Assembly: GCA_028534125.1 (NCBI GenBank)
Contig: CM052817.1
Location: forward strand, 62,001-126,000
Source: Lama glama
Taxonomy: Eukaryota
DNA length: 64,000 nt
Reading direction: 5' to 3'
Below the pieces are notes generated by a model that saw nothing but the letters and a program-made list of their open reading frames with translations, was not told where the DNA came from and searched no databases. This document shows positions 24,966 through 64,000 of the stretch, piece after piece. A program made the position numbers and the translations under genes. The first letter of the stretch is position 1, and each line of letters opens with the position of its first letter.

Positions 24966-26129
24966 CAAGAGGACAGATGGGCAAAATAAAATATAAGAGG
25001 GATTTGGACCAATGATGATAATGTCTTGTGAACTGGAGAACAGGATTAAGTCAACTCTGATCTGCGGTTTAAAAAGAAGTTTACTTCTTGTGTTATTCTA
25101 GGGTAGTAAACGGCCTCAGATGAGTGTGGCTTACAACAAGTTATTCCTCATTCATATTTTGTGGTTGCAGAAAGCTGTAGTATGTCATCTTCATTCCAGG
25201 AGTCCAGAGAGCCCTTTTGAGAATGTATTCATGGAAGAGGGACAAAGGGCAGTGGAGGCCCTCCCCCTCTGGCTATTTAGAGGTGACATTCTTCCTTCCC
25301 CCCACATCCCCTTAGCCACAGGCCAGTTGCCTGAGGTCGGCTGTAGGGGTGGAGCGGGTGGAGCGTAATCCTCCTACTAGACTGTCTGCCACAGCCTCCG
25401 TGATCCCAGCTGGGCAGCAGTATTTTATCCCAGCTCCTTACTCGCCACCTAACTTGCAGCCACAGTGTCTTCTGAGCAGTTTCTCCTGGTCCTTTGAGCC
25501 ACAACATTTGGTCACGGGACCCATAAATGTTCCATTTGGTCCTCCTGCCTGTGCTCATTGCCTAAGTTTTTGTCTCAGTGCTCAGTAATCGCACCCTGTC
25601 TCAAATGAGGCCCCATTCCTTCTAACTTGTTTTCTGTGCATTCAGTCTGTCCCTTCAGTCCCACATCCCGTGGTGAGTCCCACTCAGGTCCCAGGCCTGG
25701 GACACACCAGGCTGGAGCCACAGACCTATTGGTCTGATTCTCTGGGGAGTCCTGAACCCTACAGTTGCAAGTGAATTTCTCCCGCAGTTTCAGAAAAGCT
25801 GCTCAAAGGGCTGAACCAACAAACTGTGGAGGAGGGTGGTTTCCAGCTCCATCCCCCCAAGTTTACAACTCTTCCCTCCTTGGGTCTGGGCACGGCCCTC
25901 AGACTGGCGGTCCCCAGGACAGCCTCCACTGGGAGACCACCGTGCGTGCTCAGAAAGCAGCAGCTCTGACCGTCAGCATGGCCCGGGCACTCCCCTCCGC
26001 ACTGGTGACGGCTGCTGGGAAGCCAAGGTGGTTCCTAGCTGGTCCCCAGCCGGTCACTGGCCACAGAATGAAGCTCGGACCAGGCAAACCACAGCCCACG
26101 GCCAAACCTGGCCCACACTGGTGCTCCTC

Positions 26130-26455
26130 TGCTAGGTCTGCCCTAACCAGTTACACAGAGTGGGGGCTCAAACAGTTTAGCATTCCTCAGTTCTGGAGGC
26201 CAGAAGTCCAAGTTGCGGGCTGGTCCTCTCTGGGGAATATGTTCCAAGTCTCTCTCCAGCTTCTGTGCTGGCTGGAGTCCGTGGCACCCCTCGGTCTGCA
26301 GACGTACCACGCCGTCTCTGTCTCCATCCACGAATGGCCTTCCCCTCTGTGCCTCTTCTTGTAAAGACACTGGGAATGGCTTCATCCTAAATTGGTTATC
26401 ACTGCAAAGATTTTATTTCCAAATTGATTCACATTCACAGATTCCAGGTTGAAAA
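26130..26455 (-). mobile_element. MaLR LTR (MLT1-like)
   Basis: cagttctggaggccagaagtccaag...cttcttgtaaagacac...ctgcaaagattttatttccaaat. Confidence 0.7.
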
Positions 26456-29400
26456 AACACGAGGCAGAAGTTAATTCAGCAGGGCCTTCTTCATTATAGT
26501 TTTAAACAGAAGAGACCAGATACAGCCTTGTGGTACCCAGGGAATGACTGCTTCGACTTCCCTGCCCCCACTCCCTGCACTCCTGTGGGCCCCTACAACC
26601 GCCCCACCCATGAATGAGGAACACCGCTTGGTCGGCAGTCATAGCCATGGGTCCTTTTTATGATCGAGTGAAGCGAAACCATTAAGATTCTGTAAGCTTG
26701 AGGGATTCTGTCTCTCCTGCCGTCTCCCCGGGGGTCACGTCAGGTCACAGCCCCAGCTGGGCCCCTGCAGCACACGAGGCCAAGCTCTCCTGGAGGGCCG
26801 TCAGTGGCAAAGGTGACCCTCTCCATCCACTCTCGCACATGCTCCTGCTCCGGGGCAGAGACAGGGCATCATTTAATCTCCCTCAGAGCCCACATGGAAA
26901 CCCTCTAAAGGTCCATGAATAAGAGATTAATTCAGTAAGTCATGGGAACGCTGCACAGTGGAATTCTGCACAGCCACTAAAACAGTGGTGAGCGGCAAGT
27001 GACCCGTGTCTTGAGTCCCGTTCCAGAATTGCTGGCTTGGATGTGTGTGCAGAGAGGAGGAGGCCTGGAAGGAGTGTACATCACCAAAAAGCATAAAGCT
27101 CCGGGATGGAAGCGGCATTAGGGAGGGAGACCTGCCTCCACCCATGGGCCCCACACAGGCCCCTTTGGTTCCTTCAAGTTCGGCGGAAGCATGACTTTAT
27201 TTCCAGCTCTCCAACCACGTGTGCTTTCTTTCATGACATCTAACAGGTCCTATTTCGGCTGAAGAACCACCTCTTAGTTGGGGGTGAACCTCTGGCAACA
27301 CAGAGTCAGACTCACACCATGGCCCCTGGGATGATCTTGGTGCCCCGATCCCCGCCTCCCCTCCAGCTCAACCCCCTCCGACTGGCCCTCCTGGCACTGA
27401 CCAAGCTCTCACTCCCTCGTGGCTGTGAGTGAAACTCCATCCAACGGGCAGGCGTCTGGGTTTCTGAACAGCTGCCCAAGGGGCTAGGAGTGCCCCAAAG
27501 CGTGGAGAGCTCGTTCTCAATGGGGCCAGCTCTGGCCACAGGGACGCAGGAGGCTGGAGGGAGTAGAAAGAAGAGATTCCCCTTCCTTCTCCCACGGCGA
27601 TTCTGGGCAGGTTTCTCTGTGCACGCGCCAAAGGGCACACTTGCTGAACCGCCAAGTGGCTCCCCAAGAACCAGGGCTCAGGTGACTTCAACTCACTCTC
27701 CACCACCCCACCCCTGATCCCCGCCCTGCTCCCTGGGATTGTATCTCTCTTGTAAAGTATTCGCACTTAATCCATGCCCGAGGCTCTGTTTTCAAGGAGC
27801 CAGCCATGCATAACATGACAAAATGCCCCCTAACATTGTGGCTTAAACAACTTCATTTGCTCATGGTTCTGTGGGTCAGCCATTTGGACTAGGCTTAGCT
27901 GGGCAGTTCTGCCAGTCTTCCCTGAGGTCACATTGTAGCTGTGGTCAGCTGGTAGCTGGCCTGGGGCTGGATGGTCTAAGGTGACCACACTCATGAATCT
28001 TGCAGGGCCAGCCCCAGGCTGGTTGGCTGAGAAGACCTCAGCCACTCTGGGGGACCTCCCTTCCCCTCCCTGACCTGCCTGCTCCCGGGGGCACGCTCAC
28101 AAGGGACCACCAGTCTCCCTGAGCTGCCCTTCAGGCACCTCAGATCTACTGGGACGGGGCCCGGACGTCCAGATCATCAGAAGGAACATGCGTCCCACTC
28201 CTGCACCTGCCTTTCTGCTCTGTGTGGTACGTGGGTCTGGCCCTCCAGCCGCATTCCCAGGGAGGGGCAGTGGTCCTGTCTGTAGGTCCTCGCACCCAAC
28301 ACCAGGGGCTTAAGCACAGTAAGACCCGAGTCTGTCCTACACAGAAGATGGTCATGAAATATGAATGAGGAAGTGCTAATTTCTCCTGGACCCACGGCCC
28401 AAGAAAGCATGAGCCTTGCTGTCTCTTCTTGGCTTGACGTGATTTTTTTGCCCAAGTTTTGGCTCCCCAACCAGATTAGCCAAGACCCCTGACAGGTGGA
28501 CCCTCGTCCCTCTGCTCCCAGCTCTGCACCCCTCCATCCATACCCCCCCAACTTGGACCTCTGTTCTCTCCACTCCCAGCCTCCTGCTCCCCTCCCACGG
28601 TCCCTGTGCCTATTCCACGGGGCCTCACGACATGCCCCCACTTTACACCCACCAGAAATAACGTGGCAAGACCCTGGTGGGCCAGAGACTGCCCTGAAGT
28701 CAGGCAGCAGGAGGGCAGAGGGTGGAGCTGGGGCTAGGGGTGCACACTCACCCTCTGGCGACCTCGGGTCAGAGTCCCCACCGCACCCCATCTCACCCCA
28801 CCTCCCACTGTATCCTCCGTCCTTTCACAGCAGGGCCAGTGACCACCTCTCCTGCCATCCTGCCAGCAAATCCCATGTGGAAAGACAAGGTCCTAAGGGG
28901 CATGTACCCCACTGCGCCACAAACGTCATGAGAGTCCCGCACGTGAACCCAGCCTCCCCGCCATCCGTCCTGACTGGCAAGTTTTCATTCCAGGGCATTG
29001 CTCCTGGCGAAGGGGCCTCCTCTCCACATTTGAGACGGGAACCCAGAACTCTCTCGTGTGATACATTCGAAATAAATGGCTCCCCGGACGTGCTTGCTAA
29101 TTTTAAAATTCCACATTGTAAGAGGTAAATTAATGGAAATGGGTGAAGGAGCAGTCCCACTTCTCAGACAGCCTCCAGGTTCATCTGTGGAGAAGTTACC
29201 TGTTGTGTCTGATGGGCCTTGAAGACAGCTGTATCCACAGGCCCATCTCACAGGCAGGCCTCCTGGCGTATCTCCTTACGGGCGACCGTCCCAGGTGGAC
29301 ACAGGCACCTAAATGCCAGGCCACACAGGTGCACCTCACTGCATCAAGAGCCTGCCCTGGGCCCAGGCTCCTCAGGGCGCTGACAGCAGGGCCACCGCCC

Positions 29401-31436
29401 CACCCCTGAGAACCTGCAGGCTCGGGGCAGCAGACCCACCAGCCAGTCGCTCCGGGCTCCTTGGCTCTCGCCCACCGCCCCGAGCTGTCCCGCGCTAGCG
29501 CCCCAGCTCCTCAGCCAGCACTTTCCTCCCCACCCACTCTTCTCCTGCCACAGGCCCCCCCCCCACGAACCCTCCAGCAACTACTCTTGAGCCCCGGGCC
29601 ACGCCCTCCCCTCCCCTAGAAGCAGGTGCACCCCTCACTCATGTGAGCGTCACTCCGCCACCCCGCAACCCTCAGCCCTGCAGGGAGGGGGAGAGAGAGC
29701 AGGGAGGGCGGGCCTGGGAGCAGGGCAGGCAGAGGATCTGGGACGCATCCCCTCACACGCTGGCTCTCCGGGCAGCTTAGCCAGACGGCCATCACATCTG
29801 GGCATAATTTGGACAGTACTCCGGAGGGGCTCTGGAAGCGGTCTGGGGCTGTTGAGAGTGAAGTGACCCACGGCCCTGGCCCCAGATCCAAGCCCTGCAG
29901 CCCCCGCCCACAGCACCTGCCTCCCCAACCTGGCACCTTGTCTCCCCCGCCCCCAGTCACCCTCACTATTTTTAGGGAAGTGGGAGACCTCAGAGCAGGT
30001 CCCTGAAAGGAATCTGCTGCGTGACTAAGCGGAGGCAGGAACGTCACACACAAGGCCGATGCCCCGTGCTCAGCCAGCTGGGCCCATTGTGGCCAGGCAG
30101 CTGCAGGGCGCCAGCCCAGGGCCCATACAGAGGGTGGCCAGGAACTAGAACTTGTGCTGAGGAAGCATTTGTAAGCACAAGAGGCACTGGCCCTGCACTC
30201 ACACACACGTGTGCACATTGCACGCCTACACACGTGTACACACGCCTCCCGACCAGCTCAGCACAGTGAGAGTCAAAATCTCACCTTACCTGCAGCCTGG
30301 TTAAGAGTGTGGTGGGGACAGGGACTCCAGCAGCACAAGAGAGACAAAGTAGCTCCAGGCCCTTTCCCTCAGTTGAGGCCCCGGGCTTGGCCAGGAGGAC
30401 CCCGAGTCCATCGGCATCACTCTCTGGCAGCTAAGGGAGGGGACCTTCGAATCCAGGGGCCCACCCAGGCTTTGCTGAGTGGTGTGCACGGCTAGTCCAC
30501 ACCGTGGACAGAGGCTCTGCCCCCAACCGTCCAGCAGTCCACGGGCACACCCAGCATGAACCACGTGTATGCAAACGCACACACACACACATCTGCACAG
30601 TCTCTGGTGCAACGTGGAGGACCATCCTGAGGCAGGAGGGTCAGACAGGCTAGGGTGGTCCTCCAGTTGTAATCCAGCCTTTTCATCACGTCATGTCTCA
30701 CAGGGAGGCCAGTACATCTGGAGAAAGGTGGACATGGCCCCCAGCAGAGGCACTGCTGCTGTCTGGGCCCACAGGCCCCTGTCTGAGGCACCGACACTCA
30801 GGAATAATCCTGTCTGTAAAATGCAGTAGTGGTGCGGCTGTGGGCTCCACACAAGGAGAGGGTCGAGCGTCATGAATAAAGGGCTCTCAGTAAGCAGGGA
30901 TTTGGCTGAGAAGAAAGACGCATGGTGGGGATTCACTGAGACGCCGTCTGACCAAGGGTGCTGGTCTGAACAAGAGCCACCTCGTCACCAGACAGAAGGG
31001 AAAGTATGTGCAGACCCCACCTTGTGGTCCCAGCTCCCCACCTGCCTCCCTTCTCCCCACTTCCCTCCACTGGCATGGGCTGCACCCTCCAACCCCTCTC
31101 CCCCTCTTACAGCTGGGCTGTAACTTTCCGAGGTAGAGCTGGTTGCCTGCCCACCCCAGCTCACCTGTGCCCAGGTGTGGGTGCCCAGGAGCCCTGGAGC
31201 TACCTGCTGGACAGCCCCAGATACTCAGGGACCCTCAGGCAAAAAGGAGCCCAGTGTCCTTTGGGACTATCTCTCTCCAGGGGGTGGGGGTCGAGGCCTG
31301 CCCCCCTAGAAGCCAAGTGCTGCTCCCCTACAGCCCATGACTCCCGCTATTGGCGAAGCCCCCGAGTGTTAGCCTACAGTCCCCACTCCTGGGGGTCTGA
31401 TTTTCCCAGGAAGTGGGAAGTCCAGGTCTAAGGCAA

Positions 31437-31500
31437 GGGCGGGCAGGCGAGGGTGAGTCAGCTGGTATGGTAATCATCGCTAAGAAAGGCTTTGCTGATG
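31437..31500 (+). promoter_or_regulatory. PDE6B rod proximal promoter
   Basis: GGGCGGG 31437-43; AP-1/NRE TGAGTCAGC 31454-62; CRX-type TAATC 31471-75; TATA-like TAAGAA 31481-86; Maf half-site TGCTGA 31493-98; ATG at 31556. Confidence 0.75.
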
Positions 31501-31555
31501 ACAGTGTTTGCTGGAGGTCCCTGTGCACCTGGGGCCGGACGGGCAGTGGGACACC

Positions 31556-60059
<28,504 letters not shown>

Positions 60060-60439
60060 TTCAGTCAGTGGGATCCCATGGCTCCCTCAGCCCACACACC
60101 CACAGACGTTCTGCCTCTAACCACTGGTACAAGCAGCTAGGAAGCCTGAGAAAAAGACTGAAGACAATTTTGGCTATTTTGAATGTTTTTAAGGTTTGTG
60201 TTTTTATGAACTAAAGCCAACTGTGATTTGAACAGTGTAGCCCATCTTATGCTCATCCATCTTTTGGATGCATAGTGATACCACCAGAAGACCTCTGAAC
60301 AGAGTCTGGGAACTGTGTCTAAAAGCACTGGGTGAATACATTCACAACTGCACATGTATTTATGTGCATACGCGTAGAGACAGACACACAGATGCCAACT
60401 CCCATCCGGTTTAGAACAAATATATGCACAGAAATTTAG

Positions 60440-60450
60440 AATAAAATAAA
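60440..60450 (+). terminator. Putative PDE6B polyadenylation signals (two overlapping AATAAA)
   Basis: AATAAAATAAA about 380 nt after the stop codon, with T/GT-rich sequence downstream. Confidence 0.6.
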
Positions 60451-61747
60451 AAGAAAGCATGCTGCCCTTTTTTAACATGGCACAGGACATTTGTTTGTGA
60501 CCAATTGTAAAATTCTGCCAGAAAGGTCAAGGCTGTGAGAAGCAGTGATCAGTAATGAACGGTGTGTGTGGAGTTGCTCTGAACCGCACTGATGGACCAG
60601 CCCAAGTCCTGCACAACTGAGGTTTCCTCCTCGGAAGCAACCACATGCCTCCAATGACCTAATGGTGCTGAGCTGTTAGGAAAAGCAGAGTCAGAACCAA
60701 GCGGCACAACGCACGACTCACACTTGAAATGAGTACTAATAATCTGATAGAAAGTAGGAACTTTTAAGTTGTAATGAGCTCCAAAGCATGTTTCCAGATG
60801 CTGGGTACTCCTCTTGGCTGCAGGATGAGCCAGTGCCCTAAGGCCAATCTGGGTGTGGTTAAGGCTGTTTCCTAGAATGCCAGGTGGGAGGGAGGGCGCC
60901 CCACACAACCTTTTACTCACAAGAAGGAGCGGCTCAGTGATAAGGGGTCGGGAATGGGGCTGGGGGCTCCTCCAGGTCCCCAGAGGGACCCCAGTGCCAG
61001 CTGCCCACCAACCTCAGGACATCCCTGGGGTGTGCACCATCCCCACTCAAACTTCACCTCTACAAAAACAGGGCTTTGAAGCACTGGCTGCTTCTCATTT
61101 TCTCCTCATTTTACAAATGAATTAGAGCTCTAAGCCCAGATCTGCTCCAAGTGCAAAGCTGAGAACAGGACTTCGGACTTGCCCACCCCAGGTCTCCTCG
61201 GAGAAGCACAGCCATTAGCGTGGGACATGCATTCGGCTCAGGCACAAAGGCTGCAGCCCCCTGAACAGCTAGCTGCGCCCCAGCCTGGTCCTCAGGAGGC
61301 CACAGCCCCTCCCTGGGGCCAAGGGGAGCATGTGTGAGGTGAGGGGTGGAGCCCCAGGTCCCGACTATAAGGGCATCAGCCTGCCCCCGACCCTGCCATG
61401 CCCACCCGAGGGTCTGAGCAGGGTTAGGGTTACCATGGTTAGCAGAGAACACCAAGCAGCATCCAGGACACCAGGGCTAGCCATGTCTCATTACAAACTG
61501 CGCCCTTTGTCCACCACACCCCCCAACCCCTCCACCGCAGAGCAAGCGATGGTGTTTCTGTGATTCCCGCCTTGTCTATGCACCGCATCCTGGGTCTGTG
61601 GCCAGTGATTAGTTCTTTGAAACTCCCTCCCCATCCACGCCCTAAATAATCTGAGGAGGTGGGCATACAGCTGCTGAGCTTGGGTCCAGAAACCAATGAA
61701 CTGGGGACAATAAAGGAAAGCCAGAGAACCTACACAGCACAGAAGGC

Positions 61748-61753
61748 TTTATT
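61748..61753 (-). terminator. ATP5ME polyadenylation signal
   Basis: AATAAA (tttatt on +) about 30 nt after the stop codon. Confidence 0.85.
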
Positions 61754-61782
61754 CGTCCACGCTGCTCCAGAGAAACGCAGGC

Positions 61783-61808
61783 TCACTTCAATATGCTGTC
61801 CTCTTGGG
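61783..61808 (-). CDS. ATP5ME: ATP5ME exon 4 (coding part)
   Basis: cag|AQEDSILK-TGA. Confidence 0.93.
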
Positions 61809-63232
61809 CTGAAAGGTTAGAAGGAAAACACACATGCCATCACACATTCAGGAAACCCAAAAGGACCACTGTAGGTTTTCGGCGTGAAACAATCCAGTAT
61901 CTAATCTCAGTGGAGCCCAGCTGTGCTCTGCTTGCACTCCCACCCTGGTCTTTCCCATCTCTGCCTGTTCTGACTGGAACCTGCTGTTGAACCCAGAGAG
62001 GTGGGCCTCGTTCTGGTCCTGTGGCCCCTCTGAGGGTGGCAGACAGCTAACCTCCAAGGCCTAGGGGCTAGGCCCTCAGCAAAAGCAAGGATCACATGTC
62101 CCCCTAACACCCGTGACTGCTTCTCCCTCCCCCCAGAGAAGGACCCACTGGACCAGTGCCCTCCACTGTGGGGCTCACTGGAGCAGCAACTGTTTCTGAA
62201 AATCCAGGTGGAGGGCAAAAACTGAGTAACACAAGTACCTTCTGCCAGTTCTCTCTCGATCCGCTTCAGTTCATCCTGCTTCTTTTTCTCCTCAGCGGCT
62301 ATCCTCCTCTCCTCTTCTGCCCGAGGTTTCAGGTAATCTGTTTAAGGAAATCAGTGGGGGGGGCACTCTCAATCAACCTCTTCACTGAAATGCTGCATAA
62401 AAGCAATTTAGTCCACAGGCAAAGTTATCTTCAGATGCATTGCGAACGCCAGAGGCGACTGCTTTCCACTCTTTTCCTGCATGTAGGTAAAGCCCGACAT
62501 TCACCCAACAGAGAGCCCAACCCAAAGGGCAGCTACAGGATCCCCGCGGCCACCCCAGACGCTCTGCTCTCTCGCTCGGTCCTCTGTGATGAAAGGAGCT
62601 GCCTCGAGTCAGACTGCAGCACTCCCACACACCCTCAGGACCAGTTTTAACAAAAATCAACTGCTTCCAGTTCCCTGGACGGTACCTGGCATCAAAAGGC
62701 GCTCGTCCCGGCTGCCTGAGACGGGCTACGAGCCTGCTGTGGCCGCGCTCGAGGGTCGGCCCGCTTGGCCTCCGGGTCCGACACCTCCCACCCTGCCCCC
62801 TCTCCGGCCTGAACGCGTTTACTTCGGGGCACCAGGAAGCCCAAACTGGCCTCGAGAAGCCCCGTGCGCGCGCCGCGGGTCACTCACTGTAGCGCTTGGC
62901 TCCGTAGGCCATGCCGAGGAACAGGGCGGAGTAGCGGCCAAGCTGCGGGGAAAGGGCGGTCAGAGGCGGCGGCCGCGGGGGGCTTCTCGGCCCGCGGGGT
63001 CGGGGCGCGGGGCGGGGCTCCCGGGAAGGGGGTGGAGGGGGGAGGGAGGGGGTCGCAGCCGCCGGGTCGCGGCGGGGAGCAGTGAGAGGGGTGATCGCCC
63101 CGCTGGGTCGGGGACTGGGCCGGGAGTCCCGCGCTCCGCGGAGTTGCACACGGGCAGGCCCACGCGGAGCCGAGCACCGGCCGAGCACCAGTTCACCTTG
63201 ATGAGCGGAGAGACTTGCACCGGCGGCACCAT
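61783..63232 (-). CDS. ATP5ME: ATP synthase membrane subunit e (ATP5I), 4 exons, 71 aa
   Basis: complement(join(61783..61808,62239..62337,62888..62942,63197..63232)) = MVPPVQVSPLIKLGRYSALFLGMAYGAKRYNYLKPRAEEERRIAAEEKKKQDELKRIERELAEAQEDSILK*; GT-AG introns. Confidence 0.97.
62239..62337 (-). CDS. ATP5ME: ATP5ME exon 3
   Basis: cag|NYLKPRAEEERRIAAEEKKKQDELKRIERELAE|gtactt. Confidence 0.95.
62888..62942 (-). CDS. ATP5ME: ATP5ME exon 2
   Basis: cag|LGRYSALFLGMAYGAKRY|gtgagt. Confidence 0.95.
63197..63232 (-). CDS. ATP5ME: ATP5ME exon 1 (coding part)
   Basis: AAGATGG start; MVPPVQVSPLIK|gtgaac. Confidence 0.95.
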
Positions 63233-64000
63233 CTTGTCCGTGACCTTCGCACCGGAAGCACAATCCCGACCAAGGAGGACGCAGCCAAAGCCCGGAAAAC
63301 CGTGGAGACGCCAAAAAAAAAAACAAAAACAACCAATCACGCACCCTAGCGAGCGCATGCGCTATGGGGAGCGAGCAGGTGTGTGGGGCGCGCCCCCTGG
63401 TGGCCCCGAGGGGAAACGGCGCGCGCGCGCGCCCGTTCGAGGAGTGACGTCACCCGGCGCCGCTGGATTGGTTGCTCATGCGCAATGTTCCGGGCGGTGC
63501 CGCGGGTACTCACCCTGGGGGATTAAAACTCTCGCAGACCCTGATGTTTTCAGGCATGGTTGAGCCCAAAATCGAGGTCCGGACACCATAGGTATAACAT
63601 ATTGGAAAAGTATAAGTCCTCCTTATAAAGTACAAAATAGAGCGCTCCCCATCCTCCTGCCCTGGGCTGTCCCGCCCCGCCCACGCTGCAGCGCGTTCCC
63701 CAGCCACCCTAGGCCTGTCCATGCTTGAGGCCGCCCCAGGTCAGCCCCGAGGACGGCCCGGGAAGGGACTCCAGGCTCTGGTCAGAGAATTTGGGGTCGT
63801 CCTGATGCAGGGTGTGACCTGAGTCAGGCGGGCTACCCCTGGGCAGGTCCATTGCCCAGGCCCCTCGCCTTGTGGAGAAGGGTGGCAGCGGCTGGCCCCC
63901 CTGGACTCAGAGCCCTGTCCTGGGGCCATACTGCCTGGGGTGCCCCCTCCCGCACGTGACCAGCCCCAATACCAACCCCCCAGCAGAGCTACAGCTTCCT

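Larger units (their letters stand above)
62690..63520. promoter_or_regulatory. ATP5ME CpG-island promoter
   Basis: CpG-dense. ETS/GABP ACCGGAAG 63251-58; CCAAT 63333-37; NRF1 GCGCATGCGC 63353-62; CTCF-like GCGCCCCCTGGTGGCC 63390-405; CRE TGACGTCA 63445-52; ATTGG 63467-71. Confidence 0.8.

Noticed and set aside
62586..63563. 325-aa + strand ORF antisense to ATP5ME
   Set aside because: Spans the GC-rich promoter and introns; low complexity with no family resemblance.
63520..64000. Possible MYL5 exons expected from synteny
   Set aside because: No myosin light chain coding sequence is recognisable before the window ends.

Overview
Mammalian genomic DNA, probably camelid judging by tRNA-derived SINEs with a GGGAGGTAATTAGGTTTATT-type tail (inference). 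It is syntenic with the human TMEM271-PDE6B-ATP5ME region. Three intact protein-coding genes are present: single-exon TMEM271 (- strand, 376 aa, in a CpG island); rod cGMP phosphodiesterase beta PDE6B (+ strand, 22 coding exons all GT-AG, 853 aa ending CCIL); and ATP synthase subunit e ATP5ME (- strand, 4 exons, 71 aa), convergent with PDE6B. The rest is mostly degenerate L1, ERV/MaLR LTRs, SINEs and simple repeats. I found no new protein family, CRISPR array or prokaryote-like system. The most interesting signals are regulatory. (1) Two uORFs upstream of TMEM271 are chained to each other and to the main ORF by AUGA stop/start overlaps, and all three AUGs share the context GGAGGAUG. (2) A near-consensus REST/RE1 site lies inside the TMEM271 coding sequence and another in PDE6B intron 19. 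(3) A duplicated exon-18 splice acceptor in PDE6B intron 19 could form a 26-nt poison exon. (4) NRL/CRX-type motifs cluster in the last PDE6B intron. All function claims are inferences from motifs. Repeat family names and boundaries were assigned by eye and are approximate.
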